Of a stretch of 64,000 nt of DNA, positions 41,760-53,700 are shown piece by piece. Under the pieces are notes generated by a model. The model searched no databases. It was not told where the DNA came from and worked only from the letters and a program-made list of their open reading frames with translations. Location: NCBI GenBank assembly GCA_947574235.1, contig CANPIU010000001.1, positions 23,185 through 87,184 of the forward strand, read 5' to 3'. The position numbers and the translations under genes are program-made. The first letter of the stretch is position 1. Each line of letters opens with the position of its first letter. Source of the DNA: an uncultured Clostridium sp. (GTDB taxonomy: Bacteria; Bacillota; Clostridia; TANB77; CAG-508).

Positions 41760-43841
41760 ATGGCTGATAAATTAGTAATTGTGGAATCACCAGCAAAAGC
41801 AAATACCATAAAGAAATTCTTAGGTGGAAGCACCAAAGTGCTAGCATCTATGGGACATATTAGAGATTTACCAAAGTCAAAAATGGGAATTGATATTAAG
41901 CACGATTTTGAGCCAGAGTATATCAATATAAGGGGAAAAGGAGACTTAATAAAACAGTTAAAAAAAGAAGCAAAGCAAGCCAAAAAGATTTATCTTGCTA
42001 CTGACCCTGACCGTGAAGGAGAAGCGATTGCATGGCATTTAGCCACGATTTTAAACGAAGAAAAAAATAAAATAACAAGAGTAACTTTTAATGAAATAAC
42101 CAAAGGAGCGGTACAAAAAGCCATTAAAGAGCCAAGAGATATTGACGTTAATTTAGTAGATGCTCAACAAGCAAGAAGGGTTTTGGACAGAATTGTAGGG
42201 TATAAAATGAGTCCTGTTTTATGGAAAAAAGTAAAAAGAGGGCTATCAGCAGGAAGAGTGCAATCTGTTGCTGTTAAATTAATTGTGGATAGAGAAGAAG
42301 AAATTGAGAATTTTAAGCCAGAAGAATATTGGAATTTATATGCAAATTTACAAGAACCAAAAAGTAAAAAGGAATTTGAAGCAAGATTTCATGGAAAAGA
42401 TGGCAAAAAGCAAGAAGTCCATTCCGAAGAAGAGATGAACCAAATCTTGAAAGAGATTGATAAAGCAAAATATGTAGTGACCGAAGTGAAAAAAGGAGAA
42501 AAGAAAAGAAATCCAGCACCACCTTTTACAACAAGTACAATGCAACAAGAAGCTTCTAGAAAATTAGGTTTTACCTTAAAGAAGACCATGTCAATTGCAC
42601 AAGGCTTATATGAAGGGGTAAAAATGCCAGAAAAAGGAACGGTTGGTTTAATTACTTATATGAGAACAGACTCTACTAGAATTTCAGAGGAAGCAAGAGC
42701 CGCAGCCAAAGAACATATTGTGGCAACCTATGGGGAAAAATATTATGAAAATCGATATTATAAAACCAATAAAGATGCTCAAGATGCTCACGAAGGTATT
42801 AGACCAACTTATGCAGATTTAGAGCCAGAAGCAATCAAAGATTATTTAACAAAAGACCAATACAAATTATACAAATTAATCTATAATCGTTTTATGGCGA
42901 GTCAAATGGCAACAGCAATTTATGATACGATGGCAGTTTCAATAGATGCTAATGGCTATACGTTTAAAGCGAATGGACAAATCCTTCGCTTCAAAGGATT
43001 TATGACTTTATATGTAGAAGGAACAGACCAAAAAGAGCAAGAAGAAGAGGGGATGCTACCAGAACTAAAAGAAAAACAAGAGTTGCTACTTAAAAAATTA
43101 AATCCAAAACAAAGTTTTACAGAACCACCACCACGATATACAGAGGCAAGTTTAGTAAAAGCTTTGGAAGAAAAGGAAATTGGAAGACCAAGTACCTATT
43201 CTCCAACCATTACAACTATTTTAGAAAGACGATATATCGAGAAAATACAAAAACAATTGTCGCCTACGGAATTAGGTAGAATTGTGAATAAACTATTAAC
43301 GGAAAATTTTGCAGACGTGATTAATGTGGAGTTTACAGCAAGGATAGAAAATGAATTTGACGATATAGCGATGGGAAAAGAAGAGTGGAAAAAGATGATA
43401 CGAGAGTTCTATGGTCCTTTTGAAAAGGAAATTGAAAAAGTAGAAAAGGAACTAGAACATGTAGAGTTGGTAGATGAGGTATCAGACGTACCATGTGAAA
43501 AATGTGGAAGGATGATGGTTTACAAATTTGGTAGGTATGGTAAGTTTTTGGCTTGCCCAGGGTATCCAGAGTGTAAAAATGCAAAGCCAATTGTAGAAAC
43601 AATTGATGTACCTTGTCCAAAATGTGGAGCGACAGTACAAGTAAGAAAGACAAAAAGGAAAAGAAATTATTATATTTGTGAAAATAATCCAGCTTCTTGT
43701 GATTATATTTCTTGGAACAAACCAAAGGAAGGCGAAAAATGGAATCCAGATGAGGCGAAGGACGTTAAAAAGGAAACGGAGAAGAAGCCAAAAAAAACAA
43801 CCAAAAAGACGACGAAGAAAACAACGAAAAAGAAAAACTAA
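41760..43841 (+). CDS. topA: DNA topoisomerase I with C-terminal zinc ribbons and KKTT-repeat basic tail
   Basis: 693 aa; MADKLVIVESPAKANTIKKFLG, Toprim, active-site region, 2x CxxC...CxxC, tail KKTTKKTTKKTTKKKN. Confidence 0.9.
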   Translation: MADKLVIVESPAKANTIKKFLGGSTKVLASMGHIRDLPKSKMGIDIKHDFEPEYINIRGKGDLIKQLKKEAKQAKKIYLATDPDREGEAIAWHLATILNEEKNKITRVTFNEITKGAVQKAIKEPRDIDVNLVDAQQARRVLDRIVGYKMSPVLWKKVKRGLSAGRVQSVAVKLIVDREEEIENFKPEEYWNLYANLQEPKSKKEFEARFHGKDGKKQEVHSEEEMNQILKEIDKAKYVVTEVKKGEKKRNPAPPFTTSTMQQEASRKLGFTLKKTMSIAQGLYEGVKMPEKGTVGLITYMRTDSTRISEEARAAAKEHIVATYGEKYYENRYYKTNKDAQDAHEGIRPTYADLEPEAIKDYLTKDQYKLYKLIYNRFMASQMATAIYDTMAVSIDANGYTFKANGQILRFKGFMTLYVEGTDQKEQEEEGMLPELKEKQELLLKKLNPKQSFTEPPPRYTEASLVKALEEKEIGRPSTYSPTITTILERRYIEKIQKQLSPTELGRIVNKLLTENFADVINVEFTARIENEFDDIAMGKEEWKKMIREFYGPFEKEIEKVEKELEHVELVDEVSDVPCEKCGRMMVYKFGRYGKFLACPGYPECKNAKPIVETIDVPCPKCGATVQVRKTKRKRNYYICENNPASCDYISWNKPKEGEKWNPDEAKDVKKETEKKPKKTTKKTTKKTTKKKN

Positions 43842-43850
43842 GAATTAGAA

Positions 43851-43895
43851 ATGAGGAATTGCAAAAATTTCAAGCGATTACCTCATTTTTTCTTG
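43851..43895 (+). terminator. topA terminator
   Basis: aatgagg...cctcatt stem followed by ttttc. Confidence 0.5.
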
Positions 43896-44019
43896 ACAAT
43901 AACTCACAAATTTGGTATCATTATTTATGCCTTAGGAATATTATAGACTAAATGGGAATAGACTTAATTTAGAAAATGATTCAATATTGCTTTGGCAAGG
44001 CGGTAGCCAAAATAGATTT

Positions 44020-44093
44020 GCAGGTATAGTTTAGTGGTAAAACGTAACCTTGCCAAGGTTAAGTTACGGGTCCGATTCCCGTTACCTGCTCCA
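44020..44093 (+). tRNA. tRNA-Gly (GCC)
   Basis: acceptor gcaggta/tacctgc, D stem gttt/aaac, anticodon stem taacc/ggtta with loop ttGCCaa, T arm acggg-tccgatt-cccgt, discriminator U + CCA. Confidence 0.85.
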
Positions 44094-44101
44094 TTAATTA
44101 T
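44082..44101 (+). repeat. attL: 20-bp direct repeat (3' end of tRNA-Gly) ttacctgctccattaattat
   Basis: 19/20 identical to 54518-54537. Confidence 0.55.
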
Positions 44102-44456
44102 CTTGATTAAACAATCAATTAATACAATTAAATAATTTACGACCAAGTGTCGTAATCATTGTAGGTACTAGCCTTTAGAGGTTGGTACTTTTTAAATTCA
44201 ACTCAAATACACCAATTCGTAAGTAACATAATCACTTCTTCAAATTTCTAAACCAAACTATCATAAAGCCTAATATATTAAGCACTTGACACCTATATTC
44301 GCATAATTACCCAGTTGCATTAAAAATTGCATAAACCTATAAAGTCTAAAATGGTAAAGCATACCATATCGTAACTTAAAGTACACAAGAACAGGACAAA
44401 TTCCAATCCCTAGAATTATAATTAGAGCCAAATTATAATGAAAGGAGGCGAGTTAT

Positions 44457-44729
44457 ATGGAGAGAGAAAGTGCTATATTAGAACTCTACGAGAAATTTGA
44501 ACAGGAAAAGAAGAACAGTCCTAAATTTAGCCAATTATTAAGAAAACTGGCTCAACAAAGGCAAGTATTCGAGGAAAAGCTAAACAATGAACAAGCGAAA
44601 GAGTTACAAAAACTAATAGAAACAATGTATGATTTAAGAACACAAGAAGGAAAAGAATTTTTTGTAGATGGTTTCTCAATGGCTACAAGGTTAATGACAG
44701 AAGTGTATTATAATGAAGATACAAATTAA
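44457..44729 (+). CDS. hypothetical protein (element-encoded)
   Basis: 90 aa, RBS AGGAGG. Confidence 0.35.
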   Translation: MERESAILELYEKFEQEKKNSPKFSQLLRKLAQQRQVFEEKLNNEQAKELQKLIETMYDLRTQEGKEFFVDGFSMATRLMTEVYYNEDTN

Positions 44730-44761
44730 AGGAATATCATACGATATTCCTTTCAGTATGG

Positions 44762-45103
44762 CTATTTAGAGCCTTTATGAATGATATAGTTCATAACACT
44801 ATTAACAAAAGCTTTATCTTCTGCTGTAAGAGTAGAAAGATTATTTATAATATAAGTATCTTCATTACCAGCATATTTAATTATTCCATTAAAAAGAGTG
44901 TTAGGCTCTATATTTAAGATATTGCATAGATTTACAAGAGTTGTAATACTCAATCCACTAGCCCCACGTTCAACCATAGATATAAATTTATCAGAGGTAT
45001 TAAGCAGTTCAGCTAGTTTGTCTTGGGTATAGCCCTTTTGTGTTCTAGCAATTCGTATATTTTCTCCCATAACTTTTAAAATATTATTTTCGTCCATATC
45101 CAA
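44762..45103 (-). CDS. XRE-family HTH transcriptional regulator
   Basis: 113 aa; IRIARTQKGYTQDKLAELLNTSDKFISMVERG HTH_3. Confidence 0.7.
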   Translation of the reverse strand: MDMDENNILKVMGENIRIARTQKGYTQDKLAELLNTSDKFISMVERGASGLSITTLVNLCNILNIEPNTLFNGIIKYAGNEDTYIINNLSTLTAEDKAFVNSVMNYIIHKGSK

Positions 45104-45249
45104 AGCCCCCTAAACGTTAATATATCAATCATTATATAGTCTATAATATAGAACATAAACAAAGTAATTATTAACAAGGTAAAATAATACTTTACAACAT
45201 AAAAAAGTAATGATATAATTGATTATATGTTAGAGAGGAATAAAATAAT

Positions 45250-45687
45250 ATGTATTGTACCAAATGTGGAAAAGAAATTAGAAATGGTGCTATATTCTGT
45301 CCAAAATGTGGAGAGAAAGTAATAAATCAAAAGTATATAAAGACGGATAATAATGTAGGATTAGATATGAAAGGCAAACTTAATATTCAAAAAAGTTCTA
45401 CTAAAGGAATAATAATAGCTGTAATAATAGTAATTTCTATAATGTGTGTAATTAAAATGGTATCTTCTGTATCAAATGAGATAAAAGAGAATAATAAGAA
45501 TGCCATTGAAAGGCAAAGTGGTTATGTATCTTTTAATTGTCCATATTGTAAATCCTATAATGAATTTAGCAAAGCATCCTTAATGGAGCAACGCAAGTAT
45601 TATTGTTGTATGTGTAAAAATTGTAGAAAAGTACTATATATACATAAAGATACAAAGACAGTAAGTTTAGATATGTTCGATGAGTAA
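45250..45687 (+). CDS. zinc-ribbon domain membrane protein
   Basis: MYCTKCGKEIRNGAIFCPKCGEK + TM helix + second C4 cluster. Confidence 0.5.
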   Translation: MYCTKCGKEIRNGAIFCPKCGEKVINQKYIKTDNNVGLDMKGKLNIQKSSTKGIIIAVIIVISIMCVIKMVSSVSNEIKENNKNAIERQSGYVSFNCPYCKSYNEFSKASLMEQRKYYCCMCKNCRKVLYIHKDTKTVSLDMFDE

Positions 45688-45817
45688 TTATATAGAAAGA
45701 AAGTGAAATCAAGAAATCCTTAACAAAGTAAAACAACACTTTACATTATTAAGGATTAATGGTATAATAGGTTCGTAATATGTCGAAATAAGATATTATA
45801 TGAAAGGAGCAAGTAAA

Positions 45818-46228
45818 ATGTATTGTAGTAAATGTGGGAATGAAATGAATGAAGGGGAAGGATTTTGTCCTAAATGTGGAAACTCTATTCAAGCAGAACA
45901 ACCAAAAAGTAATACACACGAAGATAATTCTAGCAATAGTGAGCCAAAAAATGGTATCGTAAGTAATTATATAAAAGAGAATAACATAAAAAATCCAATG
46001 TCATTAATAGCTTTTATTAGTTCAATACTAGGTTTGTTGATACTTCCATATCTTTTTGGACCTATATCAATAATCTTAGGTATATTAGCTCTTCAACAGA
46101 AGAATATTGATAAGAAGAGCAAAACACAAGCAATTATAGCCATTGTATTAGGTGTAGCTGATTTGATATTACCATCATTTGTTCAAGGATTTATACAAGG
46201 ATTTAATGCAACCTATTATAGATATTAA
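45818..46228 (+). CDS. zinc-ribbon domain membrane protein (paralog)
   Basis: MYCSKCGNEMNEGEGFCPKCGN + 2 TM; start at ATG after RBS aaaggag. Confidence 0.5.
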   Translation: MYCSKCGNEMNEGEGFCPKCGNSIQAEQPKSNTHEDNSSNSEPKNGIVSNYIKENNIKNPMSLIAFISSILGLLILPYLFGPISIILGILALQQKNIDKKSKTQAIIAIVLGVADLILPSFVQGFIQGFNATYYRY

Positions 46229-46338
46229 GTAATACAAATGAACTGGAAAATAATAAGCTAAACCAACTAATAGAATATTCTAGCACTAGAAAATAAGCCT
46301 CCTGAACCGTTAAAATAACGGCAGGAGGTAATTTTATT

Positions 46339-47258
46339 ATGAACAAAGTATTAGAAAAACAAATTGAGCAATCGCTCAAAACAATGGAGCAGTCAAAAGA
46401 CTGGAACAAAACTTATGAGGAGCAACAAAAGATACTGACAGAAAATAAGCAACTACTAGACCAATTCTACAAATCAATCAAGAATTATGAACATCTACAA
46501 TTCTATCTAGTAGAGGTAAGCCCAGCAGAAGATAACATCTTCACAGTCCAAGCAAGATACAAGGGGCAACCAATAGCCACAATCTCAATAACCAAAGACG
46601 GAGCAACTACAATAACAACAAATGACGAGGGCAACAAAAAGACCTATGGTTGTGATATTCAACTTAAAGAGAAGAATTTGAATGATAAAGATACAATAAA
46701 ATTCGTAGAATTCTTTAGTAAGGACATAAAACCAAAAGTTAAGATTGACGAAAAGGCACATATAGAAAGTATGTTATTAGCAGAGTTCGGCAAAACGTCA
46801 AGTGCAACAAAGCTACTAACAGGAATACAACCTATAAAATACAGTAATCTGTATTTTCAAATTCCAGTAACACTAAACCCTAAAGAAGAAACAAACTTTA
46901 TAAATGTTTTGACACGTACAAAAGTAAGAAAACTAACCATAATCGAGCCATTAACGGAAAATACAACACCTGAAAAAGTATTAGAAAGTGCAACAACAAA
47001 AGCAATATTCCTATGTAGTCTACTACACACCAAGCAGGGGCAGGACTGGTACCGCATTCTACGGGTTCCATCGGAAGAGTAACTCCAAGCCTAAAAATCA
47101 AAGTATGTATAGCAGTTCCAAAATCATTGAAAGCCAAATTCAAAGAGTTTGAACCATTTGAATTAAAAGCTGTAACCGATTGCCTAGAGTTCCACCACCT
47201 AATCTATGATGCCGACCAAATCAAGATAACATCAATCAAAACAACACTTAATGAATAA
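46339..47258 (+). CDS. hypothetical protein; extends past listed ORF via two +1 events at in-frame CGG 47062-47064 and 47072-47074
   Basis: ...WYRIL(CGG)->GFH(CGG)->GRVTPSLKIKVCIAVPKSLKAKFKEFEPFELKAVTDCLEFHHLIYDADQIKITSIKTTLNE* ending 10 nt before next RBS. Confidence 0.4.
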
Positions 47259-47267
47259 GGAAAACCT

Positions 47268-48552
47268 ATGCAAATCAAAATACTAAAAGGCACCAATCAA
47301 ATAGGACGGTGCCTTTACAGAAATTCTAACAGATAAAGGAACACGCATATTAATTGATTTTGGAGATGACCTAGACCTAGAGGACACAGAACCTAAACGA
47401 TTACCAACAATAGAACGGATTAACCACAGGGGAGCCAATATATGACGCAGTATTTATAACCCACCACCACCAAGACCATTGCCGGCAGAATAAATGAAAT
47501 TCTACGGAGAAATCCCTGTCTATATGTCAAACATAGCAAGAAATATCTTAACAACAGTATTCTGTTTCTCAAAGTCAAAGGGCAATATAACTCACGATAC
47601 AATAGATATACAGGACGGAGAACCTATACAAATAAAAGACGTAACAGTAATTCCTCACATCTGTTGCCATAGTGCCTATGGAGCATTTATGTTTGAAATA
47701 TTAGTAGACGGAAAAAGAATATTGCACACACGGCGATTTTAGAAATCACGGATACAAAGGAAAGTTACTTAAATCAATGCTAGAAAAGATACGGAAAAGT
47801 CGACATCTTAATAACAGAACGGAACAACCTTATCACGACCACAGGTAAAGGCACAAACAGAAGGAGAACTCTCTATTGAAATGGCAGAAAAAACCAAAAG
47901 CTACGACCAAGTGCTAGTGTTAATGTCAACAACAAATATAGATAGAGTTACAACAATTCAAAGAGTGGCGAACAAAACAGGTAAAACCGTAATACATGAT
48001 ATTCTTCTGTCAAATGTTCTTAGATTAGTAACACAGAAGATACCCAATGCCCTAAATTCAAAGAAAGTACAAGTATTTCTACCTAGTTTTATATACCTAC
48101 TAAAGGACAAACCTGAATATCAACAGTATATAGAGCCATATAAAAAGAAAATGAAGAACACAGGGAAAATTTTACATCGTAGTAAATTCATAATGAATGT
48201 AAGAATATCAATGATAAGAGATATTGAAAAGCTAAAGCTAAAAAGTAAGGTACTCAACAAATGTTGCTTAATATACTCATTATGGGAAGGATACAAAGAA
48301 GACGAAGAATACAAACAGTTTCTATCAAAGATTGCTGAATTAGGTATTGACATTATAAGTCTACATACATCAGGGCACGCAGACTATCTCGCATTACAAC
48401 AAGTAATAGATATAACTTGCCCTGACGTAGTAATACCAATTCATACAGAGAATAAGAACGGAATAAAACAATATACAGATAAAGCAGTAATACTTGAAGA
48501 CGGCGAAATATACCAAGTAGAGGAGCGAAAAAAGAAATATGATAAAGCCTAA
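47268..48552 (+). CDS. MBL-fold metallo-hydrolase; open reading frame only if seven +1 events at in-frame CGG codons are made
   Basis: CGG at 47307, 47416, 47483, 47505, 47731, 47792, 47820; corrected protein MQIKILKGTNQIGGAFTEILTDKGTRILIDFGDDLDLEDTEPKRLPTIEGLTTGEPIYDAVFITHHHQDHCGRINEILGEIPVYM...HTGDFRNHGYKGK...ITEGTT...MAEKTK...LHTSGHADY (HxHxDH and SGHA motifs). Confidence 0.55.
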
Positions 48553-49064
48553 AATAATAAAATATAAAGAAATTATAGAGCAGACAAAGGATATACCATT
48601 AGAAAAACTATCAAAAGACCAAGTATTCGATAGATACATACGGATATGGAGAAGACGAAGATTTTAGAAATGTCAAAGTACAAAAGCTAATGATAAAGCA
48701 CGGATATATAGAAGAATTAGTTTGTTTAATGGAAAGTATAATCACAGATAAAACAGTTATAAAGAGCATTATATCAAGTAATTTATTTAAAAATAGTTCA
48801 TACATCTTAGTTGAAGGAAAGCTAGAAACCATACAAGTTATAAAAGACAAAGAACTTCCAAAAGGCTTTAACTGGCTAATTATAAGTGTAGTAGACCAAT
48901 CAAATGTAAAATACGAAATCAAATATATGTACTATTCACAGAAACAACATAGATATAAAACAGAAATCGAGCAGAATATAAAAAATAAAATAATGATAGT
49001 AGCAGAATATAGAGAAGACCAATACTACTTATGTTGTATATTAAAAAATGCTGATAATATCTAA
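48539..49064 (+). CDS. hypothetical protein; N-terminal part joined via +1 at in-frame CGG 48641-48643
   Basis: ATG 48539 overlapping MBL stop; MIKPKIIKYKEIIEQTKDIPLEKLSKDQVFDRYI(CGG)->GYGEDEDFRNVKVQKLMIKHGYIEEL... Confidence 0.35.
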
Positions 49065-49236
49065 AGTAGACAAAGTCCATAAATTAAGTAATAATATAAA
49101 TGTCTGTCATTTGACATCTTAGGAAAAGACACCTTCCCCTAATAACCAGTTAGCAATTCTCACTAGCTGGTTATTTCTATTATATAGCAATCTCAATATA
49201 TTTAAGAAAGCCAAATATGAAAGGAGAAAGTAAGTT

Positions 49237-49611
49237 ATGAATGAAGAACAAAAAAGTCCAGCAATACCAAAGGACTATTCTATAATTCAACTAAAAGTAG
49301 TTAAGGGAGAAATAACAGAGATAGGAATATCTAAAGTAAAAAATAATATTCCTGCAACAATCTATATGACAGAGATAACATCTGTTGAAAGTTTAGATAC
49401 AGTAATCACAAGAATATTAGAGATTATAGGAACTGATACAATATTCTATATCAATAAAGAAACAGAAATCGAAGTATTAAAACGCAAATGTGAAAGTATG
49501 CAATTATCAATAAGTAATGAATTAGTAAACAGTCAAAAAGTATTAGACGATATAGGAGTAAGCCAAAGAGATTTTGTATGTAACTATTTAGAGTTAAAAT
49601 TAAAAATGTAA
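49237..49611 (+). CDS. hypothetical protein
   Basis: 124 aa, RBS aaaggag. Confidence 0.35.
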   Translation: MNEEQKSPAIPKDYSIIQLKVVKGEITEIGISKVKNNIPATIYMTEITSVESLDTVITRILEIIGTDTIFYINKETEIEVLKRKCESMQLSISNELVNSQKVLDDIGVSQRDFVCNYLELKLKM

Positions 49612-50337
49612 CAAGTTAAATAACGATTGAATATCATACTGTAATAGATAAGTAATTGTTTATTATTTTATTAAAATTATTTTAGCTTTTTTGCCTACAA
49701 AGTACCATATCACATTTTATTTCTTTACTCAAATATAAAATCGGCTTATTTTGCGAAATTTTGCGTTTGAAAAGTATAAGAAATAAAAACAAATGTTCGC
49801 AACAATAAAAGACCTAAGATACCTAAATTCATATTTATATATTATTTTATTAATATTATGGTAACAAAGGAAGTATTTATATATAAATATTTAAACAAGA
49901 TAATCTTACAAATGGGGTTGGAGCGAAGCGACAAGCCCATTTGCAGAATATCGAGTTTAATTATTTGTGTGTAAACATAAAACTTAAATATAGATTACTC
50001 GATTAAAATTTATGTAAACGCACTATTCTAAAAAATAATATTAAACTAATATAAATAGATTCGTATATGAATATAAGCCAACCTATACGCATATTATCAC
50101 TAGCTAAAGTTAAGGGACAGAAGGATACGGGAATTGATGCCAACTTTGACTATACGAAGAACCAATCCACCCACCCACTACAACTAAAGTATCATAACAG
50201 ATTATAAAATTCAATCTAACATCAGCACAATCAGACCATACTAAACCATAGGGGGGCGACCAAACCAAAGTATCTATATAACATCATTATAAAATTCAAC
50301 AGGAGCAAGAGGAAATATCAATCCAAGCAAATTACAC

Positions 50338-51946
50338 CTATATATCAAAATTAATATTATTATCATTAGTATTGCTATTGTCTATTATCTCTTGAATAAT
50401 AACATCTTCTATTTCTATATCATTACCATTGTTGTCAATAAATGTAAATGGAGCAATGGATTTTATGCCATCATACCAACCCTGCTCATACCAATCCCAG
50501 CCAGTAACTTTATTCATAGCACATAGTTGATTATAACTATACTTATGAAATTTTAAATCTATATCTTCTTCGGCAATATACCTAGAGCCACTAATAAGAT
50601 AATGTATAACTTCCTTGTTATATGGGATAGTAATGTCTTTAGCCTCTATACCAATTCCTAGAGAATACAATTCTTTACAAAATTGTCCAATATCATTAAT
50701 ATAGCGAAAGCCTTTAGATTTACAAAATTCTATATATTGCTTGTGATATAGTTCTTTTTGCACCTTATGGGAAACCATATCGTCTATTGAATGTTTTGAA
50801 ACGAAATATTTTAGAGGATTATTCTGTGCAAAATAATCTTCTGTTGCTTTAGTAACTGATACAGGTTCTGTAAGTTCTCTATTCTCTAATAAAACCTTTC
50901 TAAAACAATTCATAGCTCTAAAAGCTATAATCTGTAATACGGTAGGAGATAATAGCTTGTCCTCTAAATTAATATCACGTTCGGCTCCCTTGAAAATATT
51001 GTTGAATGGTATTACCCTAAACTTACGTGTAAACCCATAGGAACTATCTTTAAAATTAATATTATTATTAAGACTAATTAACAAAGTAGCAAAAGGCTTA
51101 AATTTCAACATACTAACTTCATATTTCTTGTCTGCTGATATTTGATTGCCAGAGATAGTACGTTTCAAAACACCTGTATCTATGTCTTTAAGTTGTTCTT
51201 CGTCATCAGAGATATTAACTGTCATATTATATAAATTGTGCAAAGAAAAATCTCTTTTAACAATATCTTTAAGGCATAAGTTGCTACAACTATTACCAGC
51301 CAAAGCCTGTATTACATCAAAATATTTAGATTTACCATTAGCACCATTAGCCTTAAAAATATAAGCAATTTCAAACCTAGCACTTCTATAACAACATAGC
51401 CCAATTAGTTCGTACAGTAAAGTTATAAGCTTTCTATCACCTTTAGTAATGCTATGAAAGAACTTGTTTACAAAAGCAATATTTTTTTCATTGTTAGGAA
51501 TAGTAGTAGGATAAACAAAGTCTACATCTATTTTATGTGTCAATATAATGTCTGGTGTATGTTCCTGCAATACCAACTTTTTAGCTTTCAAATCTAAAAT
51601 GCCGATTATTGAAGGCAATATAATTAGGTGGAGCAATATGTTTTACAATGGGAGCCGTATGTTGGATTTTGTGCCTAATATCTCTACATTGATTATATGA
51701 CGTCAAAGGAAAATCAGCATATATATAATCATTTAATCGTTCATAATCATTACTAACATAAATTCCTTCAGATTTTTCATATATATAAATCTGTGAATTG
51801 TTAAGACGTATGATATGGTACTTATCAATTAGTTGTTTAGCCATATCACTACTTTGTAATTTGGGCTTACTTGTATTCTGCGTAGCAGGAGCAGTAGTTC
51901 CATTTATTCTATTAACAACATCTTTCATATCTTCTAATCTATTCAT
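50338..51946 (-). CDS. phage/plasmid primase, P4/D5 family (NTPase P-loop); joined via +1 at in-frame CGG (plus-strand CCG 51602-51604)
   Basis: ...NYIAFNN(CGG)->GILDLKAKKLVLQEHTPD...; P-loop KANGANGKSKYFDVI; joins ORFs 51581..51946 and 50338..51636. Confidence 0.6.
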
Positions 51947-52272
51947 AATTAACCTCCAAAATTTAAAATATAAAATTGATTCTTAGTTCCGAAATAACAA
52001 AATTAAAACAACCAATTTAACCACCTTCAAAATGTCATAGTAGTAAAAACCCCACACTATATAAGTACGAATTAGAAATGCTACCTCGAAGAAATGAAAA
52101 ACCTTTAAAACGATAAAAGCTAGATATACCAAGAGTTAAGAAAAATACTGACCAAGTAGTCAGTTAGCACTGTGAATTAAGCTATAAGTACAAATCAACC
52201 ACTTACAAACTGGCGATAATCCTTCGTAAACAAAATCAAATAATGTTAGCAGTTGATACAATCAACTAATTT

Positions 52273-53517
52273 ATGCAAACATTAAGGAGAGGAGTAAGTA
52301 AAATGAGTAGTAAGAGAAATCAACCAAAAAGAAGAAGAAACGGAGAAGGAACGATATACCAGTTAAGCACAACTGGGACTTGGGTTGCCCAGTATGTAAT
52401 TGATGACAAAGTAGCAAAGAAGAAAAAAAGGAAAACAATCACAGGCAAGACTTACGACGAGGTTAAGGCAAAGTTAGATAAAGTAAAAGTAGAAATCAGA
52501 GAGAAAACCTACATTGAAAGAGACGGAAAGACCATAGGAGCAATATTAGAAGATAACCTAAAACATAAGGAAAGATTAAACAAAGTACGTCAAAGCACAA
52601 TTCTTCGTGATAAAAATTCAGCCTCTGTAATATTAGGGCATCCAATATCAACTATACCTATTCAAAAGTGTACTAGACACGACATACATAACTTTTTAGA
52701 CGAAATGGCTCAAAAGTATAGCAACAGTTACATCGACAAAATATATACCCACCTAGCCAATGTATATAAAAGTGCAGCCATAGACCACTTAATCAAAGAA
52801 AATCCATTTACTCTAGGGGCTATTGACAAGCCAAAGAGTGTAAAGCCTGATAAAGAGGTAAAAGCATTAACACGAGAGGAGCAGACTAGATTAGTTTCAA
52901 AACTTAAAGACCAAGATTACCAAGACGACTACAAAACAATAATTTTACTATTATTATATACAGGGTGCCGTTGCGGAGAACTGTTAGCATTAACTAGAGC
53001 AGATATAGACTATAAAAACAAAGTCATACATATAAATAAAACTTTATCAAAAGACAAGAATGACCGTCCTATTCTATCTAATATGCCCAAAACGAAGGCA
53101 GGTATTAGAGATATACCAATGAATGAAGAAGTAGAACGAATATTTAGAGAGAATACAAATTTCAAATATCTATTTACATTACCTGACGGACGATTTATCT
53201 CAACATCTACGATTAACGAACATCTGAAAAAAATAAGTAAAGATTGTAATATACGTCCAACAATATGGGAACGAAAAAGAAAAGATGGTTCTGTGCGTGC
53301 AAGAGAACGCAAAAGTTCAATTACAACTCACGTCTTAAGACATACCTTTATAACAAGATGTGTTGAACAAGGTATGCCTCCAAAAGTTCTTCAAACAATA
53401 GTGGGACACTCGGATTATCGTATTACCGCAGATATATACACACAAATCGACGATACATACATATATAGCGAATTTCAAAAGTCGCAAGAAGGATTAAAGG
53501 CTAGTAACCTATTATAA
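52273..53517 (+). CDS. int: tyrosine site-specific integrase
   Basis: 414 aa; R...HVLRHTFITRCVEQG...GHSDYRITADIYTQ catalytic R-H-R-Y region. Confidence 0.85.
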   Translation: MQTLRRGVSKMSSKRNQPKRRRNGEGTIYQLSTTGTWVAQYVIDDKVAKKKKRKTITGKTYDEVKAKLDKVKVEIREKTYIERDGKTIGAILEDNLKHKERLNKVRQSTILRDKNSASVILGHPISTIPIQKCTRHDIHNFLDEMAQKYSNSYIDKIYTHLANVYKSAAIDHLIKENPFTLGAIDKPKSVKPDKEVKALTREEQTRLVSKLKDQDYQDDYKTIILLLLYTGCRCGELLALTRADIDYKNKVIHINKTLSKDKNDRPILSNMPKTKAGIRDIPMNEEVERIFRENTNFKYLFTLPDGRFISTSTINEHLKKISKDCNIRPTIWERKRKDGSVRARERKSSITTHVLRHTFITRCVEQGMPPKVLQTIVGHSDYRITADIYTQIDDTYIYSEFQKSQEGLKASNLL

Positions 53518-53700
53518 TCAAAGCAAAAGCAGGAGCAAGAAATGACAAATATTTCTTGCTCTTATTTTACAAATTTTACGGCATAAATATAGTTGGCTTA
53601 TTTATACCTTTGCTTAAATATTTCTATAATTCAATCAGAACTAGAAACGAGAGGAGCATTCGATTAAATTATAGGAAATAATAAGAAAGGAGTAATACCA

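Noticed and set aside
43964-44146. ORF 43964..44146 (-)
   Set aside because: It overlaps tRNA-Gly and is spurious.
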